DNA of 64,000 bases. It comes from a candidate division FCPU426 bacterium. GTDB taxonomy: Bacteria; Oederibacteriota; Muellerivitia; Muellerivitales; Muellerivitaceae. The stretch lies in contig CAWCKJ010000015.1 in the NCBI GenBank assembly GCA_963796105.1, positions 1 through 64,000 on the forward strand, written 5' to 3'. This document shows, in pieces, positions 1 through 9,947 of this stretch. The number at the start of each line of letters is the position of its first letter. Position 1 is the stretch's first letter. A program made the position numbers and the translations under genes. Below the pieces are notes generated by a model. It did no database searches and was not told where the DNA came from. It saw only the letters and a list, made by a program, of their open reading frames with translations.

Positions 1-350
1 CAACCTTCCTCAAGCTTCTTGATGAACAGGTCGATCTCCTCGTCCGACACCTTCCAGACCTGGGGCCTCTGCCCTCGGGCTGGCTCCCTTCCGGTTTCCT
101 TTCCTGCTTCGTCTCCTGTTCCATGTCCCATCACCCCCTTTATTTTTTTCGGCTTTTTTCGCCTTCAAAAAACCGCCTTCCCCCTCCCCCCTCAAAATCC
201 GAGGGGGGAGGGGAAGGCAAAGCGGGAGTTTTGGGAGTTCGTGCGTGGGAAACGAACTGAAAGTAACGGGAGGGAAAAAAAAGAAGGCCACCCTTTACTT
301 TTGTGACAGCCGCGCATTCCGGCTGGCGCAAAAGTTGCCTTGCAAGGGTG

Positions 351-387
351 GCCGTGTTATGTGCAGTAGCGAGTTATGTGGAGTTGA
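351..387. repeat. RIT left terminal inverted repeat
   Basis: GCCGTGTTATGTGCAGTAGCGAGTTATGTGGAGTTGA is the exact reverse complement of 3831-3867; an inner 14-bp IR pair lies at 438-451 / 3766-3779. Confidence 0.95.
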
Positions 388-508
388 ATCTGAATCAGTC
401 TTTGTTTTGGTTAAATATCTAGCGGATCGCCCTTTTTCACTTCACATAATTCGAGTTGGTAGACTGCCCTTCCTCTCGGAATTCAGAGAGGAGAAAAGGA
501 GCAGTACC

Positions 509-1767
509 ATGCTTGAAACCTATTTCATGGATGAAAAGAAAATAGCTAGTTATCAACGCGGGCCCTTGGGACCCTATTTCGACGGATTGGCGGGTTACCT
601 TGCGGAAAAGGGGTACAAGAAAAGATCAGTCTGGAGGGTGTTGCAACGCTGCCGTCATTTCAGCGCCTTTCTCGGGAATCGAGAGATTTTCACTTTTGAA
701 TCCATCAACCGTTCTTTGGTGGAACGATTTTTGTCCATTTATATCCCCGGTTTAAAAGGCTCCGGCCATTACAAACGCAGAGCCGAAATAGACACCAAGT
801 GTGATTTGAACCATCTGTTCGCTCACCTCGCCGAAACCGGCGTACTTAACCCGAAAGTCCAAAACAGGTTGTCGCTTGGTATAGCTGGCTAATGGATTCT
901 TATTCGAAACATTTGCGAGAAGAACGTCAGATCACTAGAAGTTGGTTTCGTACCATTGAAAAATCTTGTTCTTTTCCTTGAGAGCTTGGGTGATCGGGTC
1001 GGGCCGCAAGCTATAATGTCCTTGCGGGCCGAGGATGTTGAGGAATACATCAAGAAACATCTAGAGGGCAGGCGACATAACTTAAGATTGATTGCCAGTG
1101 CCTTGCGTGGTTTTTTGAGGTTTTGTTTCCGAGAAGGACATACAGATGTGGATTTGTCAGGTGTGTTTCCTTCCATTCCCGCATACCGTTTATCCAGTTT
1201 GCCCAGAGGGATGAGCGATCCCACCCTCAAGAGAATTCTTCGTTCAGTTTCCCGAGAAACTCCAAGAGGCTCAAGAGATTACGCCATATTGCTAGTCATG
1301 ATGGCTTACGGCATTCGGGGGACACAGACTGCCGGGTTGTTGTTAGAGGACATTCAGTGGGCTCAATCCACTATCAAAATACGCGCCACGAAAGGTGGCA
1401 AGGAGGTGATGCTTCCGCTTTTGGAGCCGGTCGGTGAAGCGATCCTGGGTTATTTGCGCCATCGACCGAAAAGCCAACTCCGGGAAGACTTTCTTCGGAA
1501 TATCGCTCCCTTTAGATCCTCGGCGGCCTAGCCATCAGCGAAATAGTTCAAAAATACATGGTCAAGGCCAAGGTCAAAATGCCTTGGAGTGGGTCAAAAA
1601 CTCTCCGCCATTCCTGGGCCATCCGGGCGTTGGCCCATGACAATTCTATAAAAGCTATCGCGGATATTCTGGGCCACCGATACCTGGATACCACCTATAT
1701 CTATGCCAAAACCGATCTCAAAACACTTCGACAGGTCGCTATGCCCTGGGTGGAGGTGGCTTTATGA
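509..1767 (+). pseudogene. RIT tyrosine recombinase A, split by two frameshifts
   Basis: Segments 509-892, 956-1531 and 1558-1767 together carry GIR, TLRHS and LGH...TTYIY motifs; RBS AAAGGAG before ATG 509. The shifts may be sequencing errors. Confidence 0.8.
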
Positions 1768-2764
1768 CTATCTATCCTTTTCAAAGCCCGTTGGCCCCAA
1801 GAATGCAAGCCTTCATGGAAATGCGCCGTGCCCTGGGACGAAAGGCGGTAGCCGATCGGAAAATCCTTCGATACATCGATCGATTTCTAATAGGTGTGCT
1901 TCAACCGGGAGAACCCATTACCCGAGAGATTTTCCATCAATGGCTAAATAGCATCGAATCATTGAGCCCGGCAACCCGAATCACCCGAGTCGGTATCTTC
2001 AGGCAGTTCTGTCGTTATTTGAGTTATTTTGACCGACGAACGCATTTGATCCCTTACGGCTTTCTGCCCAGAGAATCCGCCCAATTCCTTATATCTATAC
2101 GGATCAACAAATTCGAGCGGCAATGGCCGCCGCCCGGCGAATCGAACCCAAGGGTTCTTTGCGTCCAATCGTGATCTCAACTTTGATCGGATTACTTTAC
2201 AGTACCGGTCTACGGGTCAGCGAGGCGTTGAAATTGACCTTGGGAGACATCGATCTCAAGCGGCGTTTCCTTTTGATCCGCCGTACTAAGTTCAAGAAGT
2301 CGCGCTGTGTCCCTATATCCATTTCCACGGCCAAATTCCTGCGATACTTTCTTGAACAACGCCAACACAGTGGATTTCCAACCGATAAAGCCGCATGGGT
2401 TTTCATCAATTCCCACAAGAGCGCACACGAGGGTCCATATGGTTACTACGGTTTTTATCGGCCATTCCGAAAGATCATTCAAAAACAAAAGATTCGGGAA
2501 TTGAACAAAAAACAAGGACCGAGAATTCACGATTTGCGACACAGCTTCGCAGTTCACCGATTGGAAAAATGGTATAGGGAGGGAGCTGTTCTTTCGTCAA
2601 AATTGCCGTTGCTGTCAACCTACTTGGGTCATTCCAGTCCCGTGGACACGGAGGTTTATTTACAGGCCACACCCCAGCTTTTGGCAGAAGCAAACCGGAG
2701 ATTCCACAACCACTGTTCCTTCCCTAATTCGGGACAAAGGTTGAAAGGAGGTCTCCATGTCTAA
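1764..2764 (+). pseudogene. RIT tyrosine recombinase B, one frameshift near 2070
   Basis: N-terminal ORF 1764-2174 plus catalytic ORF 2123-2764 with TGLRVSEA, HDLRHS and LGH..DTEVY. Confidence 0.8.
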
Positions 2765-3767
2765 TAGCGTGGCTTTACCCGTGCGAAACTTCTTTGAACA
2801 TTATCTCACCGCAGAAAAGGGATTGAGTTCCCACACAATCCTCGCTTATCGCGACACTTTGAAACTGCTTTTAAGGTTTGCGGCCGATCATCATCGAAAG
2901 TCCTGTGTTGAGCTAACGGTGGAGGATATTTCTGCCGACACCGTCCGTCAATTCTTGGTTCATCTCGAAAAAACAAGACACAATGGAGTTCGAACCCGTA
3001 ACGCTAGGCTGGCGGCAATCCATGCTTTTTTTCGTTACTTGGCTTATTGGGAACCTCGGTGTCTTGCTTCTTCCCAAGAGGTGTTGGGGATTCCTTTCAA
3101 ACGACACGCTCGTCCAGTGATGGGGTATTTGAACCGGGAAGAGGTAGCTCATCTATTCAATCACATTGACACGGGGACCTCCCAAGGCAAACGTGACGAG
3201 GCTATTCTGCGTTTGATTTACAACACGGGCGCACGGGCCCAGGAATTGGTCGGTTTGGATGTAAACCACGTGCGATTTAGTCGTCCTTACCTCGTTCGCA
3301 TTCTTGGTAAAGGTCGAAAGGAAAGGACTTGTCCGCTTTGGCCTGAAACCGTGAATTGGGTCAAAAAATATCTCGAAGAGCGGCGGTTACGCATTTACGA
3401 CGCTGTCCCTCTCTTTGTGAACGCCAAGGGACAAAGGCTTTCCCGTTTCGGCTTACGGTATCTCATTGCCCGGAGGATTGCCGTTGCCGCCAAGTCCGCG
3501 CCTAGTCTTCTTACCCGGAAGATCGGGCCGCACACCTTCCGGCACACAACTGCGATGCACTTGCTCCAATCCGGCGTTGATCTCAACATGATTCGATCCT
3601 GGCTGGGGCATTCGTCAATCGAAACAACCCATGGTTACGTTGAACTTGACCTGGAAATGAAGCGCAAGACACTCCAATCCTGCGAGAACCTTCTTCCGAA
3701 AACGGGAAAGAACAGTCCTTCATGGCAACGTGACCAAGGCATCCTCGACTGGTTAGCGCACCTCTAA
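2757..3767 (+). CDS. RIT tyrosine recombinase C (XerD-like), intact
   Basis: TGARAQE, GKGRKER, HTFRHT, LGHSSIETTHGY. Confidence 0.93.
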   Translation: MSNSVALPVRNFFEHYLTAEKGLSSHTILAYRDTLKLLLRFAADHHRKSCVELTVEDISADTVRQFLVHLEKTRHNGVRTRNARLAAIHAFFRYLAYWEPRCLASSQEVLGIPFKRHARPVMGYLNREEVAHLFNHIDTGTSQGKRDEAILRLIYNTGARAQELVGLDVNHVRFSRPYLVRILGKGRKERTCPLWPETVNWVKKYLEERRLRIYDAVPLFVNAKGQRLSRFGLRYLIARRIAVAAKSAPSLLTRKIGPHTFRHTTAMHLLQSGVDLNMIRSWLGHSSIETTHGYVELDLEMKRKTLQSCENLLPKTGKNSPSWQRDQGILDWLAHL

Positions 3768-3830
3768 TTATGTGAAGTGCGGGAAAGCCCCAAGTCAGGG
3801 TTTTCCCGCATTTTTACCGTCCCAATTCAA

Positions 3831-3894
3831 TCAACTCCACATAACTCGCTACTGCACATAACACGGCTTATGTGAAGCTCAACATAAGCCGTGT
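3831..3894. repeat. RIT right inverted repeat plus 13-8-13 palindrome
   Basis: 3831-3867 is the IR; 3861-3894 reads ACACGGCTTATGT-GAAGCTCA-ACATAAGCCGTGT. Confidence 0.95.
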
Positions 3895-4667
3895 GTAAAG
3901 GAAGACCGTCATTGGGCCTCGGGACGAAATCCCGAAACTATCCATCGCCCAATCACCTAGAGCGTCGAACGTCTATGTCTGCTTTTGGGGTTTACTGCTG
4001 AACTTCAGGAAGGAATGACCACCAAGATCCACCAGGAGGGAACAACCACTTCGCCACCCACAACCACCGAATCAAATAACGGTTCTTTTGGGAATCCCCG
4101 ATACCCGAAGTGCCGGGAGCCTTCGGGTTTTTCGAAGGCGGGGACGAAGTCCTTTCAAAAATGGGAAACCGAGGGGGTATCACTTTTCTTACCCCGAAAT
4201 TTTCCATTTTTGAAACGGCCCTGAGGACTCGAACCTCCCATCCATTTATCGGCGGCGTGCCAGGGCGGCATTTTTAGTTCGCCCAGGCGTGCCGCCGCCT
4301 TTGTGGGAGGGCCAATCCGAAAGCCCCCTCCCCGGCATGTAGCCTCCAAAATTCCATTCCCCGAAGGGCTCCAATACTTTGGCTGGATAGCATGACGGGG
4401 AGGGGGCTTTTGGCTTGGTGGGGTCCCCAAAGGAAAATGGATGGGAAATGACAGCTATCACTCCAATCACCCAGCACCGGTTTTAAGGGGGCTTCCAAAT
4501 GGGGGGACCTTCCCCCGTTTGGTCAGGGGTCCGGGGGCGCGGAAGCCCCCGGGGAAAGGGGTGCGGCCAAGATCATCCCACGCTTTTTGTGGGATAGCTT
4601 GGCCCAGGGGGAAGGCCCACGCTCCAAGGCGCTTTTCCTTGGAGCGTTCCCCCTCTAAAACACTCTT

Positions 4668-5765
4668 TTACCCTTCTTCCACCAAGACGTAAGGAGCCGA
4701 TGACCGAGGTCTTTCTGGCATCCCCTTTGGGAAGAAGAGTGGTTTTAGTTTCCGTTCGACGACTGACGGCGGGTACCGATAGGTTCTCCTTTTCACCGGT
4801 GCCGGAATATGCTTCATGGCCTTAACGATACGCACAAAGCGCAAACTCAGGTGGATGTTAGGTTGAGGCTTATATTGGTTGATCCTCTGATCCTTCCCAT
4901 CCGTCGAAACCAGCCGCTCCATCCGCCATTGGTCGTTCTTCATTCCCCGCCAATGACCTGGCAACTTTAAGTATTCCCCTTGATCGATTTTGCCGTAGAG
5001 ATTGGTATCCGCCGTAAGGAGCTGTAGCCCGTTAATGGACCGAACATCTACCGGACTCTTCACCACGACGGCCTCCGAACCCTGGCGCCCGACGTTGTAG
5101 ATCGACTTATCGTAGAAAAAGATCGTGAACCGGGGGGATATGGGCAGGAATATCTCGATCCCCGCGCAGGCCAGGGCCGTTGAACCATCCTTAGGGTCTC
5201 CCATGCACCATTGGTTCACCACCGCCACAGGCGAATCACTCGTAATGAACTCAACGCCGCTCTCGTTCACCAGCAATTTCATGGAAAGGTCCATCAACGC
5301 CGGGGCCAGCGGCAAGTTCGCTTCGATGTTGAAGAGCATGGAATTGACCCAATTAATTTTTAGGTTATTTGGGTCTAAATCCGGGGGAGGCGGGTTGCCT
5401 CTGACCTCGAACTCCAAGGACTTCTGCATAGACTCTTCCACCTCCCTGCCAGCGGCAGGTGTGCGCGTCTTTTGTAGGAGCACGAACACCATCAACTTAT
5501 GGTGTTCCTTGGACAATTGCCGGGGCAGGACGCCCGTCCGAATGATTTGCTCGATCACCTTGGCGGACTCATGCTCGATTTTGCTTATGTTTTGCTCGGT
5601 CCGAATGTCGCGGGTATAGAGGTAATCCCCCTGGCATTGACCGGAAACGGGGGCCGTGGGGATATGCTTCATTTGGGGAATATTGAATGCCGAAATCGAG
5701 TTACCAACCCCAAAATTTCGGAGATAAAACTGAGGTACGAAATGATGTCTTTTGTTTTGCGCCAT
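4668..5765 (-). CDS. DUF4238-family protein
   Basis: N-terminal HHFVPQFYLRNF, internal FITSDSPV and FLPISP motifs. Confidence 0.8.
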   Translation of the reverse strand: MAQNKRHHFVPQFYLRNFGVGNSISAFNIPQMKHIPTAPVSGQCQGDYLYTRDIRTEQNISKIEHESAKVIEQIIRTGVLPRQLSKEHHKLMVFVLLQKTRTPAAGREVEESMQKSLEFEVRGNPPPPDLDPNNLKINWVNSMLFNIEANLPLAPALMDLSMKLLVNESGVEFITSDSPVAVVNQWCMGDPKDGSTALACAGIEIFLPISPRFTIFFYDKSIYNVGRQGSEAVVVKSPVDVRSINGLQLLTADTNLYGKIDQGEYLKLPGHWRGMKNDQWRMERLVSTDGKDQRINQYKPQPNIHLSLRFVRIVKAMKHIPAPVKRRTYRYPPSVVERKLKPLFFPKGMPERPRSSAPYVLVEEG

Positions 5766-5786
5766 TGAACACCTGCAACTTCGCTA

Positions 5787-6119
5787 TCACTGTTCCTTCA
5801 AAAATTCCCTGAGGTTCCCATTATACTTGTGTCCCTTGACCTTCCCCGAAACGATGGCGTCCGCCCTCTTGTCGATTTCCTTCGCCAGTTCCGGGCTGGG
5901 CTTTAAAAACTTGATGCCCTTGTACTTGTCCAAAACTTCCATAACCTCCCAAATCAGGGCTTCCGCCTTTGCCCCCTTGGGATCATTAGCTTCCCGGCTG
6001 ATCTTCTCTCGGACAGCCTCATCAATGAACCGGTTGACCTTGGGGTAGTGGAGCTTTCGAATGATCTCGGTCAGTTTCTCCGGCAAGATGGTCGGCCTGT
6101 AGGTAATCGTGTCTTTCAT
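5787..6119 (-). CDS. putative ribbon-helix-helix DNA-binding protein / antitoxin
   Basis: RBS CAGGAGG; N-terminal strand-helix-helix pattern ending NRFIDEAVREKI; directly downstream of a RelE-sized gene. Confidence 0.5.
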   Translation of the reverse strand: MKDTITYRPTILPEKLTEIIRKLHYPKVNRFIDEAVREKISREANDPKGAKAEALIWEVMEVLDKYKGIKFLKPSPELAKEIDKRADAIVSGKVKGHKYNGNLREFLKEQ

Positions 6120-6163
6120 GGTCCCCTCCTGTGGTACATAGTGTACCACTAAAACCTAAGCCT

Positions 6164-6421
6164 TTAAACGTGGAAAGAAAAATGGGTAATCACCAGCTTG
6201 TTTTCCCGGAAATAAGCCTTCCCCGCCAGCCTGATCTGCTGGTCCACATCGGTTGTAAACCTCACCGGCCCTTTGTCCCCGTATAGCCGGAGCCACCTGA
6301 CCCTGGGGTAGTTTTGGAGGTCATCCAGCATCCTCTCCAGTTCCCCGGCAAGCTCCCCGTGCTTGTCCACGAAATACCCCATCCGCTTTTTGGGCTCCTT
6401 GTCGATGATGATCTCCCACAT
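6164..6421 (-). CDS. putative RelE/ParE-like toxin
   Basis: 85 aa, MWEIII start, helical hairpin ending LQNYP, C-terminal strands (IRLAG...KLVITHF). Confidence 0.45.
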   Translation of the reverse strand: MWEIIIDKEPKKRMGYFVDKHGELAGELERMLDDLQNYPRVRWLRLYGDKGPVRFTTDVDQQIRLAGKAYFRENKLVITHFSFHV

Positions 6422-6685
6422 GCTCCATCCCCCTCAAGTTTCTTACCCACTCCACCCCGCCGACATCCCCCACCCACTACTTCACCAGCTACGGTTTACC
6501 TAGTCCCCCCTCCCCCTTCTTCAATCACAGGACTTTCCAGCACCACCATAATCCCCCGCACCACTTCAATCCCGTCCTCCCACCTCTGTTCTCACTGTTT
6601 GTCTTTGTCTTTTACTCTTATCCTTCATCCTTCCAATCCTCGAAAATTCGACTTTAATCTTTTTACTGGTACCCCATGCGTAGAG

Positions 6686-6744
6686 GGCGACCCCCCCTAT
6701 CGTTTCTAGCATCATCACTTGATGCGTAGATAGGGGGGGTCGCC
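6686..6744. repeat. long GC-rich hairpin (candidate oriT)
   Basis: 16-bp perfect stem 6686-6701 / 6729-6744 with inner stem GCATCA/TGATGC, just downstream of the relaxase gene. Confidence 0.6.
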
Positions 6745-6797
6745 ATCGGAGCATGGGAAAACCCCCGTCAAATAACATCAAAGTCGAATTTTCCATT

Positions 6798-7658
6798 TCA
6801 TCGCCGATGAAGGCCCTCCCCCCCGCCCTGAGCCTCCCCATCCCCTCCCGGTTCACTCAGCGGGTGGTCCAGTTGGTACCAGATTTCTTTGAACGGCAGG
6901 GTCGTGGCCTTCTCAAAGTCGCTGACAAACCACTTCTCCTGTTCGTTTTTCTTGATCTTGATTTGGAGCGCCCGGATCATCCTTATGGCGTTCTTCTCGA
7001 TGGCCGAAACCACCATCTTGGTGGCCTCCGGGAAGGAATAGTTCAGGTAGCTCACCATGTCCTGGATCTTCCCGTCCGACCGGGGCTTGTTCTCGAACTC
7101 GAAGGCGAAGGCCATCCGCTGGCCGTCCACGTCCGCCTCGAAATACCCGTCCGGGGTCCTGCGGCTCTTGTTGCGGCCATCCGACCAGCTCGACCGCCAC
7201 CGCCCCTTGTCCAGTTCCCCCGCCTGGAACCGCGCCTTGACCGCGGGCGTGATGCCGGAACGCATCTCGAAGTCACTCACCCAAAAGACGCCCCCCAGGT
7301 CGGGTTTGGCCTCGAAAGCAATCCTGACCTCCTGGACTTTCATGTCGTGCTCCCTTTCATATGGGTTGATCTTGATGGGGTATTTGGTGCTCCTGACAAG
7401 TAGCCGGTCCATGGCGTCCAGGGTTCGGATAGCCCCCGCCGTCAGGTAGTAATAGGTATTGGAGGTCTGGGTGGGCTTCTCCGAGTGGAGAAACCCCTTT
7501 TCGGGCCGGGCATACTTGTTGAGCAGGTAACAAGTGTTCCGATAGGTCATTTGGGGGAAGAACTTCTTTCGGAATAGCTCCGGGATGGTGAACTTGTTGG
7601 AATGAATCCAGACCAACTGGGCGACTTCAACTTCCGTCATTTCGAGGTAATCCTTCAC
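6798..7658 (-). CDS. replication-relaxation (MOBC-like) relaxase
   Basis: Winged-helix-like N-terminus, EREHD, then PDGYF...FEFE (D..ExE); overlaps the coupling-protein stop; paralogue at 54859-55752. Confidence 0.75.
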   Translation of the reverse strand: MKDYLEMTEVEVAQLVWIHSNKFTIPELFRKKFFPQMTYRNTCYLLNKYARPEKGFLHSEKPTQTSNTYYYLTAGAIRTLDAMDRLLVRSTKYPIKINPYEREHDMKVQEVRIAFEAKPDLGGVFWVSDFEMRSGITPAVKARFQAGELDKGRWRSSWSDGRNKSRRTPDGYFEADVDGQRMAFAFEFENKPRSDGKIQDMVSYLNYSFPEATKMVVSAIEKNAIRMIRALQIKIKKNEQEKWFVSDFEKATTLPFKEIWYQLDHPLSEPGGDGEAQGGGEGLHRR

Positions 7659-9595
7659 GCCGGGGTCCCCTCCGTTCCCTTTTTATCAGCCGCTCCCCCT
7701 TCCGCTGCCGGACCGGCCACGGGTCCGCCCGGTTCTTTCGCCACCGGCCCCTTGGCCTGGAAATGGTCCCGGTGCCCCGAAAAGGAACTCTTGGCCCCCG
7801 CCGTTGGCACCGGCGTCTCCACCTTCGGACTGGGTTTGGGGGAGGGCTTTGGCTTGCTCTCCTTCACGGCGTTGACGATGACGACCTTGTTGTACTCAAT
7901 CGGCTTCAAATGGTTGTCCCGGATCGGGACGCATCCCACGTAATCAAAACTACTGGGCGGAGGTTTGACTTCCTTGAGCCTCATCTTGAACACTTTGGGG
8001 CCTGAAACGTACACGATCCGGCATACCGCTTCCCCCCGCCTCATCCCCCTCAAGAAGTTCGGATGGATGATGAATTCCTCGTCCTGCTTCTCGGTTCGTC
8101 CCCTTGGCTGGGATGCCCGCGTGTCGTAGGAATAAACGTCCTTCTTGGTGACCTTGGTGCCGAATATCGAGGCGAAAAAATCCACCGTATCCTTCTCGGT
8201 GATATTCATTACGATCTTGTGGTTCGTATTGGTCAGGATATCGTCCTTGAATTCCTGACTGACCGCCCCCAACTGGCCCAAGCTGTGGTGGGCCAGGAAG
8301 AAGCAAACGTTCGCTTCCCGGCCAAGGGATATGAGGTCGTTCAAACCCGGATAGGCGGCGGTGTAGAACTCGTCGAGAAAGACGAAAAAGGGCTTCTTGG
8401 GCTTCTCAATAAGCCTGTGACCGATGACCCCCGCCAAGTCAACGAGGGCTGAAATAATGACCGGCTTGGAGTCCTCCTGGTTCACCAGGGACGAAGTTCC
8501 AAACAGGAAGATTTGCCCCTTATCCACCACGTCCTTCATCTTGATGTCGGGATTCAGGGTGTTGATGAGGGGTGACCATTCCCGGTTGGTGAACCTGGAT
8601 AATTTGCTGGTGAGCCCCGAAAGGTTAAGCTCCCGGTCCTTCTCGGACATCTCAACCCACTTTTCCAGGAAGTACCTTCCCGAAACCGTGTCCGCGTGCT
8701 TATTTGCTAAATACTCGATGGTCTTGAAGGACCGGATCTCGTTGGAAATGAGGTTTTGATAATCCATCCGGGTGACGTGCTTGAACTCCTTGAAAAGAAG
8801 GTTGGTCAGGTTGCTCAAGACGTCGGCGGCCTGGTCCCGATAATATTCCTGGCTAACAGGCCCATAAAAGATGGATTTCATCAGGCCGTTGAATACCTCG
8901 TCCGGCTTCTCCTTGTAGTCCGGGTTGTAGGTCTGGCTCCGCTTCACGTCCGCCAAGTCGAAATACTTGAGTTCGTGAATCCTGCCGTATTTCTCGGCGT
9001 AATAGGGTATGTGCTTGTTGTAGTTGGACTTGGCGTCGAAAACGAACATTCCGATGCCGTTCTTGATCCCTTGTTCGATCATGTGGTTGAAGATGTTGGT
9101 CTTCCCCATCCCTGACGACCCGATGACTTCCGTGTGGTACTTGAGCAGTTCGTCGGGGATGAAATACTTGTTCTCAACGTCCAGGTATAGGGAATACTTC
9201 CCCCCTTCATGTATCGGGGACTCCCCTTGGTGTTCCAGCGTATTCCTCATCAGGAAGTGAATCATGTAGATGCAAAAACCTATGATGATGGAGAGGCCCG
9301 TGACCACATCCCCGGTAAACCCCTCGCTTCCGAGGAACACACCGAAGAAGTCATGGCAGAAGGAAAGGGCGATAACGGCGGGAGCGAAGGCCAAGAGGTG
9401 GTTCATTGGCACGTGCTTTTCAAACAGGTAGAGGAACCCGACTGAAAGGACTGCAATTGTGTCAAAGGGGGTAAGGGAAACTTGGATCACCCCGGTCACT
9501 TCCAGGATGAATTTAAGGCCCGAATAGATCCCAAAACCGGCAAGGACAGGCGGGGTATGCTTTTCTATGGCTTTGAAAATATTACTAAACTTCAT
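7655..9595 (-). CDS. type IV coupling protein (VirD4/TraD/TraG-like)
   Basis: N-terminal TM helices, Walker A GSSGMGKT, Walker B VFLDEF, GREANV...HHSLGQL. Confidence 0.88.
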   Translation of the reverse strand: MKFSNIFKAIEKHTPPVLAGFGIYSGLKFILEVTGVIQVSLTPFDTIAVLSVGFLYLFEKHVPMNHLLAFAPAVIALSFCHDFFGVFLGSEGFTGDVVTGLSIIIGFCIYMIHFLMRNTLEHQGESPIHEGGKYSLYLDVENKYFIPDELLKYHTEVIGSSGMGKTNIFNHMIEQGIKNGIGMFVFDAKSNYNKHIPYYAEKYGRIHELKYFDLADVKRSQTYNPDYKEKPDEVFNGLMKSIFYGPVSQEYYRDQAADVLSNLTNLLFKEFKHVTRMDYQNLISNEIRSFKTIEYLANKHADTVSGRYFLEKWVEMSEKDRELNLSGLTSKLSRFTNREWSPLINTLNPDIKMKDVVDKGQIFLFGTSSLVNQEDSKPVIISALVDLAGVIGHRLIEKPKKPFFVFLDEFYTAAYPGLNDLISLGREANVCFFLAHHSLGQLGAVSQEFKDDILTNTNHKIVMNITEKDTVDFFASIFGTKVTKKDVYSYDTRASQPRGRTEKQDEEFIIHPNFLRGMRRGEAVCRIVYVSGPKVFKMRLKEVKPPPSSFDYVGCVPIRDNHLKPIEYNKVVIVNAVKESKPKPSPKPSPKVETPVPTAGAKSSFSGHRDHFQAKGPVAKEPGGPVAGPAAEGGAADKKGTEGTPA

Positions 9596-9687
9596 GGGGT
9601 CGATCCAAGAGCGATTATTTTTAATCACCCGTAGGTTTAAATCGGACACCAATATTTTTCAACGAAATACAGAATAGTGGAGCAAAA

Positions 9688-9850
9688 TATTTCACTTGTC
9701 ATAACGATGTCATTCGTAATTCACACTCATTGAAAATATTCTGGGCTTTATCGTTCAGAAAGCAACGCCGCTGTCTTTTACACAACTGCTCGCCTTGGAG
9801 GAATCACCACTTCAGCAAATATTTTTATCATTCAGAAATTTTTATAGCGG
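9688..9850. repeat. non-coding boundary repeat, copy 1
   Basis: 9688-9715 matches 52074-52101 (17-bp identical core TATTTCACTTGTCATAA); about 9780-9845 resembles about 23222-23287. Confidence 0.7.
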
Positions 9851-9947
9851 CTTTGGAACCCATCAAAACGCGAAGGATTTGTTTACATATTTTGTGCCGA
9901 AAAAGTGACAACTAATGAACTTAAAGCGTCCGAGCGACAGCCACGAC

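Larger units (their letters stand above)
351..3894 (+). mobile_element. RIT (recombinase-in-trio) element
   Basis: Three tandem, overlapping tyrosine recombinase genes bounded by a perfect 37-bp inverted repeat (351-387 / 3831-3867) and a 7-bp direct repeat GCCGTGT (351-357 / 3888-3894). Confidence 0.9.

Noticed and set aside
1..130. Possible minus-strand gene start running off the left edge
   Set aside because: The ATG and the protein-like segment are in different frames; too little sequence to call
245..508. N-terminal extension of ORF 245-892
   Set aside because: Runs across the RIT inverted repeat; the RBS-supported start is at 509
3985..4692. Several short overlapping ORFs
   Set aside because: Low-complexity products of a GC-rich tract with no motifs
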